Made by a program: the position numbers and the translations under genes
From: an uncultured Chthonomonadaceae bacterium
Lineage (GTDB): Bacteria; Armatimonadota; Chthonomonadetes; Chthonomonadales; Chthonomonadaceae
Reading direction: 5' to 3'
Length of the DNA: 64,000 nt
Assembly (NCBI GenBank): GCA_963817895.1
Contig: CAWFQB010000003.1
Location: 320,001-384,000 of the forward strand
Part shown: one piece after another, positions 37,811 through 48,460 of the stretch
Layout of the letters: each line of letters starts with the position of its first letter
Numbering within the stretch: the first letter of the stretch is position 1
The notes under the pieces: generated by a model
The model's input: only the letters and a program-made list of their open reading frames with translations
Told to the model about the DNA's origin: nothing
Databases searched by the model: none

Positions 37811-40800
37811 ATGTTGGCGCAGGTATGGCGGCTCACGATGCTGGGGCGTCTGCAATTGGAACGCGGCGAATACGTCAGCGCCCGGTTTCGCACCCAAAAA
37901 GGCGGCGGGCTGCTGGCGTATCTTGCCTGCAATGCCCAACGCGCCCACCCCCGCGAAGAACTGATCGAGCGTTTCTGGCCGGAAAGCAGTCTGGAAGATG
38001 GACGGCGCAGCCTGCGCGTCGCCCTGACTTCCCTGCGCCAACAGTTGGAGCCTCCGGGCGTGGAAGCGGGCAGCGTACTGCAAGCGGATCGCGCTAACAT
38101 CCGCCTCAATCCACAGGCCGTGCAGTCGGATGTCGCCGAGTTTGAGAACTGCCTGCGACTTGCGCAGCGCGGCAAAAACGCCGGTGAGCAGATGGCGGCG
38201 CTGGAAGCGGCAATCGCTATCTATCAGGGCGATTTCCTGCCGGGTTTTTATGATGATTGGGTCTTAACGCAGCGCGAACATCTGCGCCAGTCCTGCCTCG
38301 ACGGATTGCGCAAACTGACCGAACTTGCGCTGAATTCCGGCAATTCCGACCTTGCCATTTCGTCGGCCACGCGGTGGGCGGAAATGGAACCGGGCGAAGA
38401 CGCGCAATTTGCTCTGATGCGCGCGTATGCGCAAGCGGGTCGCAATGTCGAAGCGTTGCGCCAATTCGATACCATGCGGCGCCTGTTGCGTGACGAGTTC
38501 GATGGGGAACCGTCGCCGGAAGCGCGGCGTTTCGCGCTGCATCTGCGCGAACAATCTCCTTCCTCTGCGGATGTGGACGCGCTGACGCCACTCGTTTCGC
38601 CGCCTGCGCTGCTTGTCAATGGCCTGCCCTCCGCATCCTCCGCGCCTGTTCCTGCCCCACCGCCTGCGGTATCCAGTGTCTCGCCTGCCCCCTTATTACC
38701 CTCTTCGGGCGACGCGCAGTTTCTATTACCTCTGACATTTTCGCGCTTTTTCGGGCGCGAAACGGAATTGGCGCAATTGCATGGCTTGCTGGAAAGTCTC
38801 GATACGCGCCTGCTGACGCTGACGGGACCGGGCGGCGCGGGCAAAACTCGTTTGTCGCTGGAAGCGGGGCGGAACGCGCCCGCCCGCTTTGCCGGTCGCG
38901 TCGGCTTTGTCGCCCTTGCCGATGTTGCCGATGCCGCTCTGATTCCCGCTGCCATTGCCGCCGCGCTGCATCTGCCACGCGCTTCCCCACAGGAGCCAAT
39001 GGAGCAGATTGCCGCGTGTCTTGCCGACAAGCCCGCCCTGCTGATTCTGGACAACTTCGAGCAACTCGCGGAATCGGGCAGCGTATGGGCGCGGCGTCTG
39101 CTGGACTGCGCTCCCCTTCTGACACTGCTGGTCACATCGCGCCAGACACTTAACCTGGAGGGCGAGCAGGAGTATCCGCTTTCTCCCCTGCCCACGCCTG
39201 CCCAACAGGAAACGCCCGAACGCCTGATGCGTTATGCCGGGGTACAGATGTTTGTGGATCGCGCGCAGCGCGCCCGCCCGGATTTTCAACTGACGCCGCG
39301 TAATGCCGAAGCCATCGCCGCGCTGTGTTCGCGCCTGGAGGGAATTCCCCTTGCGATTGAACTGGCTGCGGCCTGGGCGCGAGCGCCTTGACGCCCGCGC
39401 AGATGCTGGAACGCCTGACGCAGCGATTTCAGTGGCTGGTGAGTCGCCGCCGCGATATATCGCCCCGCCATCTGTCCCTCCGGGCGGCATTGGATTGGAG
39501 CTATAGGTTGCTGCCCGCCGATTTGCAGGCGTTCTGGGCGCATCTCTGCGTGTTTCGCGGCGGCTGGACGGTGGAAAGCGCCCAACTCGTGTGCGAAGAA
39601 CCCAACGCCCTGGAATTTTTACTGCGCTTGCAGGAATGTTCACTGGTAGTTGGCGAAACAACCACCGGTCAGGGAACGGACGCGGCAACAATGAGCGCGG
39701 CAGGAGATAACGTCGGGCAAGACAGCGGTATACGCTTTCGCCTGCTCGAAACCCTGCGCGAGTACGCCGGGGAACAGATGGACGCGGACGCGCTGGATGC
39801 CCTGAAGCGGCGGCATTTCAGCTGCTTTCTCGCCCTCGCCGAAGAAGCGGAACCCCACCTTAAAGGCGCGGATCAAACCCTGTGGCTGGACAGGCTGACG
39901 CGGGAACACGACAATTTTCGCGCGGCCCTGCGCGGAATGCCATCCATCCAATCCCGGCTGCGGCTGTGTGGCGCATTGTGGCGCTTCTGGGAGCGGCGCG
40001 ACCATTTTCAGGAGGGCAGGGCATGGCTGGAAGACGCGCTGGCACAACCGGAAGCGGTAGTATCGGCGCATTCCAAAAGCGGCCCCTCCTCCGTCGCGTC
40101 TGCGGCGCGGATAAAAGCGTTCAATGGCGTGGGCGGCCTGGCGTTTGCGCAGGGCAATTATGAGGCGGCAAAGCGGTTCCATACGGAAAATCTGGCCCTG
40201 TGCCGACAGTGCGGCGACAGAAAGGGGGAAGCGTCCGCGCTGAACAATCTGGGCAACACGCAGCGGGCGGAGCGCGACTACGAAGCGGCACAAAGCAACT
40301 TTGAGCAGGCGCTGGCAATTTACGAGGCTCTGGGCGATGCGTGGGCCATTGGCGCGGCGCAAAGCAACCTGGGACTTGTGGCCCTGCGCCAGTCGGATTA
40401 TGAACTGGCGACCCGGCGCATGGAAGCGGCTTTGCAGCGGTTCCAGCAGGTGGAGGATGCCGCGCAAATTGCCCTTGTGACCTGTAATATGGGCAATGTG
40501 GCTCTGGAACAGGGAGATTTTGAGCGGGCGCGCGACTGTTTCGAGATCAGCCTGCGCCTGAATCGCCGCTTGAAAAAACAGCACAGCGTGGCCCTGCTGC
40601 TGCACAACCTGGCGGAAGTCACTTATCCCCTCGAGGGCGCGAAAGCGGCGGAAACGCTTTTCGTGGAAAGCCTGCGATTGCGCCGTGAGTTGGGCAGCCG
40701 TACCGCCGTCGCTTCCGCGCTGGCCTTTCTGGGCCGGATCATGGTGGACCACAATCAAATGGAGCGCGCGGCCTGCCTGCTGGCAGCCGCGCAGATGACC

Positions 40801-41007
40801 GCCGCAGCCACCCACGCGCCCTTTTCCGCGCGGGAACAGGCGCAGGTCAAACAGGATGCGCTCAAAGCGCAGGCTGCGCTCGGCGCGTTCCCCTTTCGCC
40901 TGGCGTGGCAGAGGGGCGAGGCCATGCAAATCGAAGAGGCGATTGAATTCGCTATTATGTCGGGATCGGCTGAAACGCCGGTTGCGCGAATGGAACAGGA
41001 GAAATAA
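37811..41007 (+). CDS. AfsR/SARP-type regulator: wHTH-BTAD, NB-ARC-like ATPase, TPR; frameshift near 39385
   Basis: YQGDFLPG..DDWV, GPGGAGKT, LILDNFEQ, LEGIPLAIELAA, TPR repeats ALNNLG. Confidence 0.9.
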
Positions 41008-41576
41008 TGTTGAACCCATACCGTTTGTACGCGCAAAAGACAACACGCGCCCTTGCCTGCCTGCTCTGCGTCACGCTGCTTCTGGCGACAGGCAGCCGGA
41101 ACGGGCAGGCGAAGCAAACAACGCGGCGCGTGTTGAAGCACAAATCTTCCTCCCCGCATCAGGTGGGCGTTGTTACGCAGATTATCTGCATACATCTTTC
41201 GTCCACCGACCCCAACTGCCCGCTCCTGGCCGCCGGCCATGACAAGGGTACCTCTACGTCCTTTTTCACTCTGGTAACGGACAACCTGCATCTCAGCATC
41301 GAGCGGCCCGCGCCCATAGACACGTCCCTGAGCAAGGTGCGCGTGACCGTTTATGACGTGAATGATAGCGCGAATGGGCCGGTCCTCACGGTCAGCCGCT
41401 TTCTTCAGCCTTCGATCAGCGCGTTCAGCCTTGAAAAAGGCAGCCGAGATGTGTTGCTCAAGCCCATATCGCAACGCCCCGCGAACGTGCATGCCGTCAT
41501 GATTACGCTGAATGCCACAGATACGGACAAGACGCCTTTGTCCATTTCCGGCCTGCTAACGTTTCCGCAAAGGTAA
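41007..41576 (+). CDS. Hypothetical exported protein
   Basis: TAATG overlap with upstream gene; signal-like N-terminus. Confidence 0.6.
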   Translation: MLNPYRLYAQKTTRALACLLCVTLLLATGSRNGQAKQTTRRVLKHKSSSPHQVGVVTQIICIHLSSTDPNCPLLAAGHDKGTSTSFFTLVTDNLHLSIERPAPIDTSLSKVRVTVYDVNDSANGPVLTVSRFLQPSISAFSLEKGSRDVLLKPISQRPANVHAVMITLNATDTDKTPLSISGLLTFPQR

Positions 41577-41615
41577 CGGTTCTTGCCGCATCCTTTTACG
41601 CATATTCCACGCTCG

Positions 41616-41653
41616 AAACACGGGAGAAGGAATCAGCCTTCTCCCGTGTTTTT
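41616..41653 (+). terminator. Intrinsic terminator
   Basis: aaacacgggagaagg-aatcag-ccttctcccgtgttttt. Confidence 0.75.
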
Positions 41654-41916
41654 GCGTCAGAAGCATTTCGGTTGAAAGCAACGGGAAACAATTGCGAAAA
41701 TAATTTAACATGGGAGCGGCTTTAGCGTTTGTGTAGCGGAAGGCGCGTATCCTGACCTCAGTTCCAACGCGAATACAATTCCAGGCTGAACGGTGTTCCT
41801 GACGACACAAAGCGGGAGTCCCCGCAGGCTCGCGACATTCGCGTCTGGCGCTGATAGACGATGCGCTGCGCATAAGTGCGCAGCGCATCCACCCACAGGA
41901 AGAAGAGGAGAAACCC

Positions 41917-42837
41917 ATGCGACACACTCTGTTCAACAGCAAACCGCTGCGCGCTCTGGCCGTCACCGGCCTGCTGTGCCTGAGCCTGCTTTCTCAGGCC
42001 CGCGCCCAGTACACCGTCACCAACACCGGCGCCAACATTTCGGGCAACGTGACCTTCATCAACGATACCTGGCTCAACGGTCAGCCGAACCATCTGGCGC
42101 TCGTTACCCACTGCTGGAACCCGTATGGACGTGGCGGGGTTTACCTCAACAGTCAGATTGGCGTCTGGTACAGCTCATCCATGCTTGAGTCCGCCGTATT
42201 CACGCAGAACTTATCGTCCATGCCCCTGAACACCGGGTTCAATGTGTGGAGCCTGGATGCCGACGGCACGGCATTCACGCAGCAGGCGAACGCGGGAAAT
42301 ACCGTCGGCCAGTCCACCTATATCAACAACCCGCAAACCAACGGACATCCCGAAGCGCGCGTGTTCATGTCGGCCAACTTCAACCCCAATGGCGCAGGTT
42401 CTAACATTTACAACAACCATCCTACCGGAGTCTGGTACGATACGTTCAAGGGCAAGTGGGCGATTTACAATCAGGATTTGGCTGCCATGCCGCCCGGAGC
42501 CGCGTTCAACGTGAAAGTGCTGCCGCCGCCGAATATGCAGGATTACGCTTTCAACTACTACACGCACACCGCCACCTCGAGCAATACGGTCGGCAACGTG
42601 ACCTTCCTGACGTTCGGGCAGGCGTATGGCCGGGCTTACCAGAATTGCGCCGTCATTGTCACTCCTGTTTTTAATCCTAACTCCACTCCCTTTGGAATTA
42701 GCGGTGTCTATGACACGCATAACATCGGCGTGTATTACGATGCGACGCAAGGCAAATGGGGAATTTACCACGAGGACAGAACCCCTATTCCGGCAGGCGC
42801 GGCCTACAACGTTCGCATCACGCCGGTTCCCGGTTAA
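41917..42837 (+). CDS. Secreted protein with three ~90-aa internal repeats
   Basis: Signal peptide (ARA|Q); three copies of N..G....I..P / Y....GV(W/Y)Y / (M/I)P...(F/Y)NV. Confidence 0.8.
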   Translation: MRHTLFNSKPLRALAVTGLLCLSLLSQARAQYTVTNTGANISGNVTFINDTWLNGQPNHLALVTHCWNPYGRGGVYLNSQIGVWYSSSMLESAVFTQNLSSMPLNTGFNVWSLDADGTAFTQQANAGNTVGQSTYINNPQTNGHPEARVFMSANFNPNGAGSNIYNNHPTGVWYDTFKGKWAIYNQDLAAMPPGAAFNVKVLPPPNMQDYAFNYYTHTATSSNTVGNVTFLTFGQAYGRAYQNCAVIVTPVFNPNSTPFGISGVYDTHNIGVYYDATQGKWGIYHEDRTPIPAGAAYNVRITPVPG

Positions 42838-42933
42838 ACCCTGCGCTGCCTCATCGCGCCGGAAAATTGGCAGCAAGCGGGCAGAGGGATACTATTCCCT
42901 CTGCCCGCTTGCTGTTGCAGGAAACGAACGATT

Positions 42934-43990
42934 TCAGGCGTCCTCTGCCCTTTCGCGGATTTCAACGGGCGCGAGTTCTACTTCATTCCCGATGAGTTCG
43001 CGCTCGGACACAACAGGCGCAATATCATCCTCCAGTTGCAGCGCGTCGCGCGTCGGGATGCGCTTGCTGCCCCTGCCTTTGCCGCGCCGCATAGCTGTTG
43101 CCAGTTCGCGGACACGGACGCGCCCCGATTCCAGCGATTCTTTGTAGATTTCTCTTCGCCTGCGCGGACGTGACCTGTTCGCCCGTCTCATAATACAGTT
43201 GCGCGGCTCTGCCGACTGTTGCCGTACCCGCATACGCGATGGCGGGTTTGGCAAGGAAGCCGACAACGGGTATCAGGCCGACCAGTTCACGCGCAATTGC
43301 CCGCCAGCCGAAAGCGTTGGCAAGGATGGGCGCGATCTCTTTCATACGGCTTTTGTAGTCCAGCGGCAGGCCATACGCGGCGGCAAGGCGCAGGGTCATC
43401 AGGGTTTGGTTTTTGGTCAGGATAATCACGTCGCTCAATGCCGCGCCCGGAAAACCGATTTCGCGCAGAATAGGGAACGCTTCGGCCACGCCTGTCACGA
43501 GGGAAAACTGCGCGTTCGCGCTGGCCGTATCGCTGATGATCTTTTGCGCGGCGCGGCGGCGAAACACGGGGAAGTTACGCGCAAGGGCCATAACCAGAGC
43601 GGATTTATCTTCCATGATGCGGTCGAGCGTGGCTTCCCATCCGCCCAACTCCGCCACCGAGTAGACTACCAACCCTTCCGGCGCGCCCTCCCGGCTGCCA
43701 TTCCCCACATCAATCACAAAGTCGTACACGCCCGTCTGACGCGGGAATTTCGCGTCTTCGGTAAGCGATTCATAGCCCTGCACAAAGGCCGGTTCGGGAA
43801 CAGCCACCGGTGAGGGCAGCGCCAGCCCATCTTGCGCGTCCGTCTGAAACAGCGCGCGAATGGCTTCCGCCCGGACAGCCTCCGGCCCCACAACGGCGAC
43901 ACTGAGCGGGCGATTGGCTTCCCGCGCAATCTCCGTCACCGACATGCTCTTGATAATGTCCCACGCGCCCTTCGGCCCCGGCTTGCCCAT
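42934..43990 (-). CDS. DUF697/YcjF-like protein; frameshift near 43150
   Basis: SDVIILTKNQ..MTLRLAAAYG, FGWRAIARELVGLIP, AIAYAGTATVG. Confidence 0.7.
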
Positions 43991-44073
43991 GTAAACCCCC
44001 GATGCAGGTTGTTAGTTGTTAGGTTGTTAGGTTGTTATGAAAGACTTACGATAAGAGATATCCTAACAACTAA

Positions 44074-45371
44074 GGGACTCTCAAAGATTAAAGTATGCCA
44101 CTAAATATGGAAGAACCTGCTAATATAACGCAGGAGTGGCTCAGTGGAACTTACGGATAGTCTCAAGACCGTGTTCAGAGAAACGGCCCAGACGCTCAAA
44201 GGGAGTGCCCGCCGCCTGTTTATGGCACGCATCGTCGCAGAACTCGGCGCAGGCGGACAGCGCCGCGCCCAACGCGAACTGGGATGGAACCGCGATACGC
44301 TGCGCAAAGGCGCTCATGAATTGCGTAGCGGCTTCACCTGTGTCGATGCATTTCGCTTGCGCGGACGCAAACCCGCCGAAGCGCATTTACCGCATCTGCT
44401 TGACGACATCCGTGCCCTTGTCGATGGGCAAAGCCAGACCGATCCGCAATTTCGTAACAACCGACTTTATACCCGCTTGACGGCTGCCGAAGTGCGGCGT
44501 CAGTTGATTGCGCAAAAAGGCTATACGGACGCCGAACTACCCTGTGAGGAGAGCCTTCGGCAACGGCTTACCTTCTTGGGCTACCATCCCAAGAAGGTGC
44601 AGAAGAGCCAACCCAAAAAAAGATCGCCGAAACCGAGGCTATCTTTGACCACTTGAGCCAAGTCAATCCGCAAGCCGACGCCGATCCCCATGTGCTACGG
44701 GTGTCGCTGGATGCCAGGGCGACCGTCAAGGTAGGCGAGTATTCCCGGGGTGGCACGAACCGCGTCCAGGTCCATGCCGCCGACCATGACTTTCATCCCG
44801 ACGCCCAGGTGACGCCGGTCGGCTTGCTGTTGCCGTCTTTAGACGAACTTGCCTTGTATGCGGTGACCTCCAAGGTGACAAGTGACTGTCTGGCCGACAT
44901 TGTGCAGCATTGGTGGGAAGCCAACCGTGTCCGCTTCGCCCATATCACGACGTTGCACCTCAACCTCGACAATGGCCCGGAGTGTCAGAGCCGACGCGCG
45001 CAGTTCCTGCACCGGCTCGTGCAGTTTGTCGCCGAAACCGGACTGCGCATCCAGTTGGCGTACTATCCGCCTTACCACAGCAAGTACAATCCTATCGAAC
45101 GCTGTTGGGGCGTTGTGGAGAACCATTGGAACGGCGACTTACTCGACAGTGTAGACGCCGTAGTCAACTTTGCCCGCTCCATGACCTGGAAGGGAAAGCA
45201 CCCGCGCGTAGAGTTGCTGGAAACGACCTATGCCATCGGGGTCAAGTTGAGCCAGAAAGCCATGAAGGCTGTCGAGACACAGGTACGCCGACTACCCGGC
45301 TTGGACAAGTGGTTCGTTGAGATACGACCCGACACCGTTGCCAATGGAACAGTTTAATTCTTGAGAATCCC
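44074..45371 (+). mobile_element. ISAzo13-family insertion sequence, 1298 bp
   Basis: Imperfect IRs gggactctcaaagattaaa / tttaattcttgagaatccc; TAA on both flanks. Confidence 0.85.
44144..45357 (+). CDS. ISAzo13-family DDE transposase in two frames joined at A7G (~44615)
   Basis: SQTDPQF, RVSLDARATV..GEYSRGG, DNGPE, YYPPYHSKYNPIERCWG. Confidence 0.85.
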
Positions 45372-45394
45372 TAACAACCTAACAACCTATACTC

Positions 45395-46193
45395 CTATAA
45401 TTTGAAAACGTCGTCACTCAGTCCCACATTGACGCGCGTATTGGTGTAAGTAGTCACGCCGGCTTTTTCGTTTTCGTTGTTGAACAACTCGATGCGCGAC
45501 GGGAACCAGATACCGGGCGCAATCTCTCTGGGTTCGCGGTACAGCCAGATGGAGCGCAGTTTGCCGCCGCTGATGTCCTGCGCGTACTCTTCGCGCTTCA
45601 GGGTGATTTTGGTTTTGGGGTCTATCCAGACGATGCGATGCGACGAGTCCTCATTGCGGTCTTTGTAGGTGATTTTGAAGACCGCGCAGGGCGTACCCTC
45701 AAACGGGCGTTCGCCAATGAATTCGCCCTGCGCATACGTCAGGTACGCCTCGGAAACCAGCCCCATGTCCAGCAGGGATTTGCGCTTGCCCGGCGTTTTG
45801 CCCAGGCTGTCCGTCTTCTTGATCCCCAAAACGGCGAACGTCTGTTTGGTATCGTTGATTATCAGGGTGCCTTTACTGGCCCCAATCTGTCCATCCGCCC
45901 GGAACTTGTTCTCTTCCTTATAGCGGATACGCACGTTGCCCTTCAACTGGTACATCATGCCAATATCTTTGTTGATCTTGCGGGCGGCGGCATCGTCGTG
46001 AAAAGTGGCGACCATACGTGGTATCGAAATCGTCCAGTTTCGGCGCGACGTAATCATTGAGATTCGCGCTGATTTTAGCGGGCGGAGCGGCAAGGGCGTT
46101 TTGTCGCGCAGACGGGACGGCTAACACCCCTCCAAACCCGATCAGCGCAAGCGGAAGCAGAGCGGCGCGAAACGCGCGTTTTGTAACCAACAT
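45395..46193 (-). CDS. LolA-like outer-membrane lipoprotein-sorting protein; frameshift near 46020
   Basis: Signal peptide; IVWIDPKT, GIWFPSRIE, VNVGLSDDVF. Confidence 0.7.
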
Positions 46194-46473
46194 TCCAAAC
46201 TTCTCCTTTGAAAACAAACACATTACATCCGGGCGAATATCGCCACGAAGCTGAAAACGTTATGGATTATGTTCCGCGTCTACCGGAACACGATAAAGGC
46301 TGTCGAACAAATGCAGGCGCAAACATCTTTCTCATAGGACGCAAGCCGAGAGCCATTGTTACACCGCGCGCCGCGCCCATTTTGGAACACGCGTCGCGAC
46401 AGCAAGGAATTTGCCCCCTGTATCGCGTACTATACAAGTAGTTTACCGCGCAAGCGCGCGAAAAGGAAACCTG

Positions 46474-47288
46474 TTGAACGCTTCACCCTCTAATACGTCC
46501 GTACCCATTGTATCTACGGCAGTTCCGCCACCCAGCCTGCTGGAAGCCACCTTTCTGCACGCGCAGGCCATTGGCCGGACAACCGAGCGCAAGTTATGGG
46601 ACGCGGGCGCGACGGATTGGGATCGCTATTTATCTCAACCCGATACCGATTGGCCGCTCACCCGCGCTCAACGCGCTCTGCTCACTCCGATTGTGGCCGA
46701 ATCGAAAGAGCGATTGGAAGCGGAAGATTTCGCGTGGTTTGCCGACCTGCTGCCGCAAAGCGAACACTGGCGGGCCACTACCGCCTTCGGACACAGGCTG
46801 GCATTCGTGGACATCGAAACCAATGGCGGGATGCGGGCGGACGATCTAACGGTCGTAGGGTGTACGACGGCTGGAAAATGCGGCAGTACGTGAAGGGGCA
46901 GAACCTCCACGATTTCCCCGAAAGCATTGCCGACGCGGCGATACTGGTGACGTTTTTCGGCACGGGCTTCGATGTGCCGTTTTTGCGACGCGCGTTTCCC
47001 CATCTGCCGTTTAACCAGATGCACATAGATTTGTGCTACATGCTCAAGCGTCTCGGCTATCGGGGCGGCTTGAAGCACATCGAGGGGCAAATGGGAATAT
47101 CCCGTTCCAATGCGACGACGGGGCTTTCCGGTTGGGACGCGGTCCGGCTGTGGCGCGAGTACCGAACCGGACGGCGCGGTTCGCTGGAAACCCTGCTCGC
47201 TTACAACGCTGAAGATGTGCGCAATATGTCCGATTTATTAGCGGAGGGCTACCGGCGGTTGGCGCGTAAAACGCTCGACAGGGAGTAG
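46474..47288 (+). CDS. RNase H-like (YprB-type) exonuclease; frameshift near 46860
   Basis: FVDIETNG, LVTFFGTGFDVPFL, GGLKHIE, LLAYNAEDV. Confidence 0.8.
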
Positions 47289-47310
47289 GAAGCAGCAAAA
47301 CTGAAGGCTG

Positions 47311-48415
47311 TCATTCTGCAATATCTTCCTCTATCACATCCAACTGCCTGAATTTGGCTTCCAGTTCTTCGATGGTCGGCAGACTGCCTTTAAGCGCGTC
47401 GGGCAAGGTAGCTGCCAACTGGTACTCGGCAACGCCAATGGGATGTGTCGTTTCCCGTAACGTGTACTCTACAATCAAACGCTTTTGGTCTTGCACAAAA
47501 TCAGTCCAATGGAGGGCGCGTCGGTTTCATGCCGTATCTGCGCGTCAACAGCGGACAGGTAGAACTGCATTTTGCCAGCATACTCCGGCTTGAAATTGGT
47601 AGTTTTGAGTTCGATAACAATAAAACAGCGCAGCTTCAAGTGATAGAACAGCAGGTCAATGAAAAGTCCTCGCCCTCCACCTCCAAAGGATACTGGCTGC
47701 CCACAAACGAAAAGCCGACCCCCAGTTCCAGCAGAAAGTTACGGACATGCTGCACCAACGCGCGTTCCACGTCGCGTTCCTCGGCTTCTTTGCTCAACCC
47801 CGTAAAACCAAATACGTATGGGTCTTTGAGCATCTGCCGCGCCATGTCCGACTGCGGTTTGGGCAGAGCGCGTTCAAAATTGGTGATGGCTTTGCCCTGC
47901 CGCGCATAAAGATTGGTTTCAATCTGCAACTCTAAAACACTGCGGCTCCAGCCGTACTCGATGGCAGCGCGTATGTACCATTCACGCTCCGCAACATCCG
48001 CCACGCGGTCCAGAAGACGAATATTGTGGCCCCACGGTAATTGTCCAACAAGCTGTTGGACAATTAACTCTTCCGGCCAGGCTTCGGCAAAGGCGCGCAT
48101 GTAAAGCAGATTTGTGCGGGAAAGTCCCTTCATATCAGGAAAGGCATTTCGCAGGTCGTTTGCCAGCCGCTCAATTACTTTCGCGCCCCAACCCTGCTGC
48201 CGCTGACGGGCCAGAATGTCGCGCCCGATGCTCCAGTACAACAATACCAGTTCGCGATTGACCGCCAGCATCGCTTTCACCTGTGTCGTCTGGATGCGAA
48301 CTTTCAACTCGGCCAAAAAGCCCTGATACTCTCCATACGCATCCGGCGTGAACAGGCTGTCGCCATTTTGTGTTGTTTCGTGTTGGTCTTTCGTATCTGT
48401 GTCAGGCATTATCAT
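47311..48415 (-). CDS. YhcG/DUF1016 PD-(D/E)XK nuclease-domain protein; frameshifted
   Basis: VNRELVLLYWSIG, GWGAKVI, LPWGHN, LKDPYVF, FLLELG, PIGVAEY, LPTIEELE. Confidence 0.88.
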
Positions 48416-48460
48416 CTCCCTGCAAAACTCGTGTCAGGAATATTCTGAGTGGTTGAAAGA

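Noticed and set aside
41740..41900. Riboswitch upstream of the repeat-containing secreted protein
   Set aside because: Hairpins are present but I could not match any known aptamer consensus
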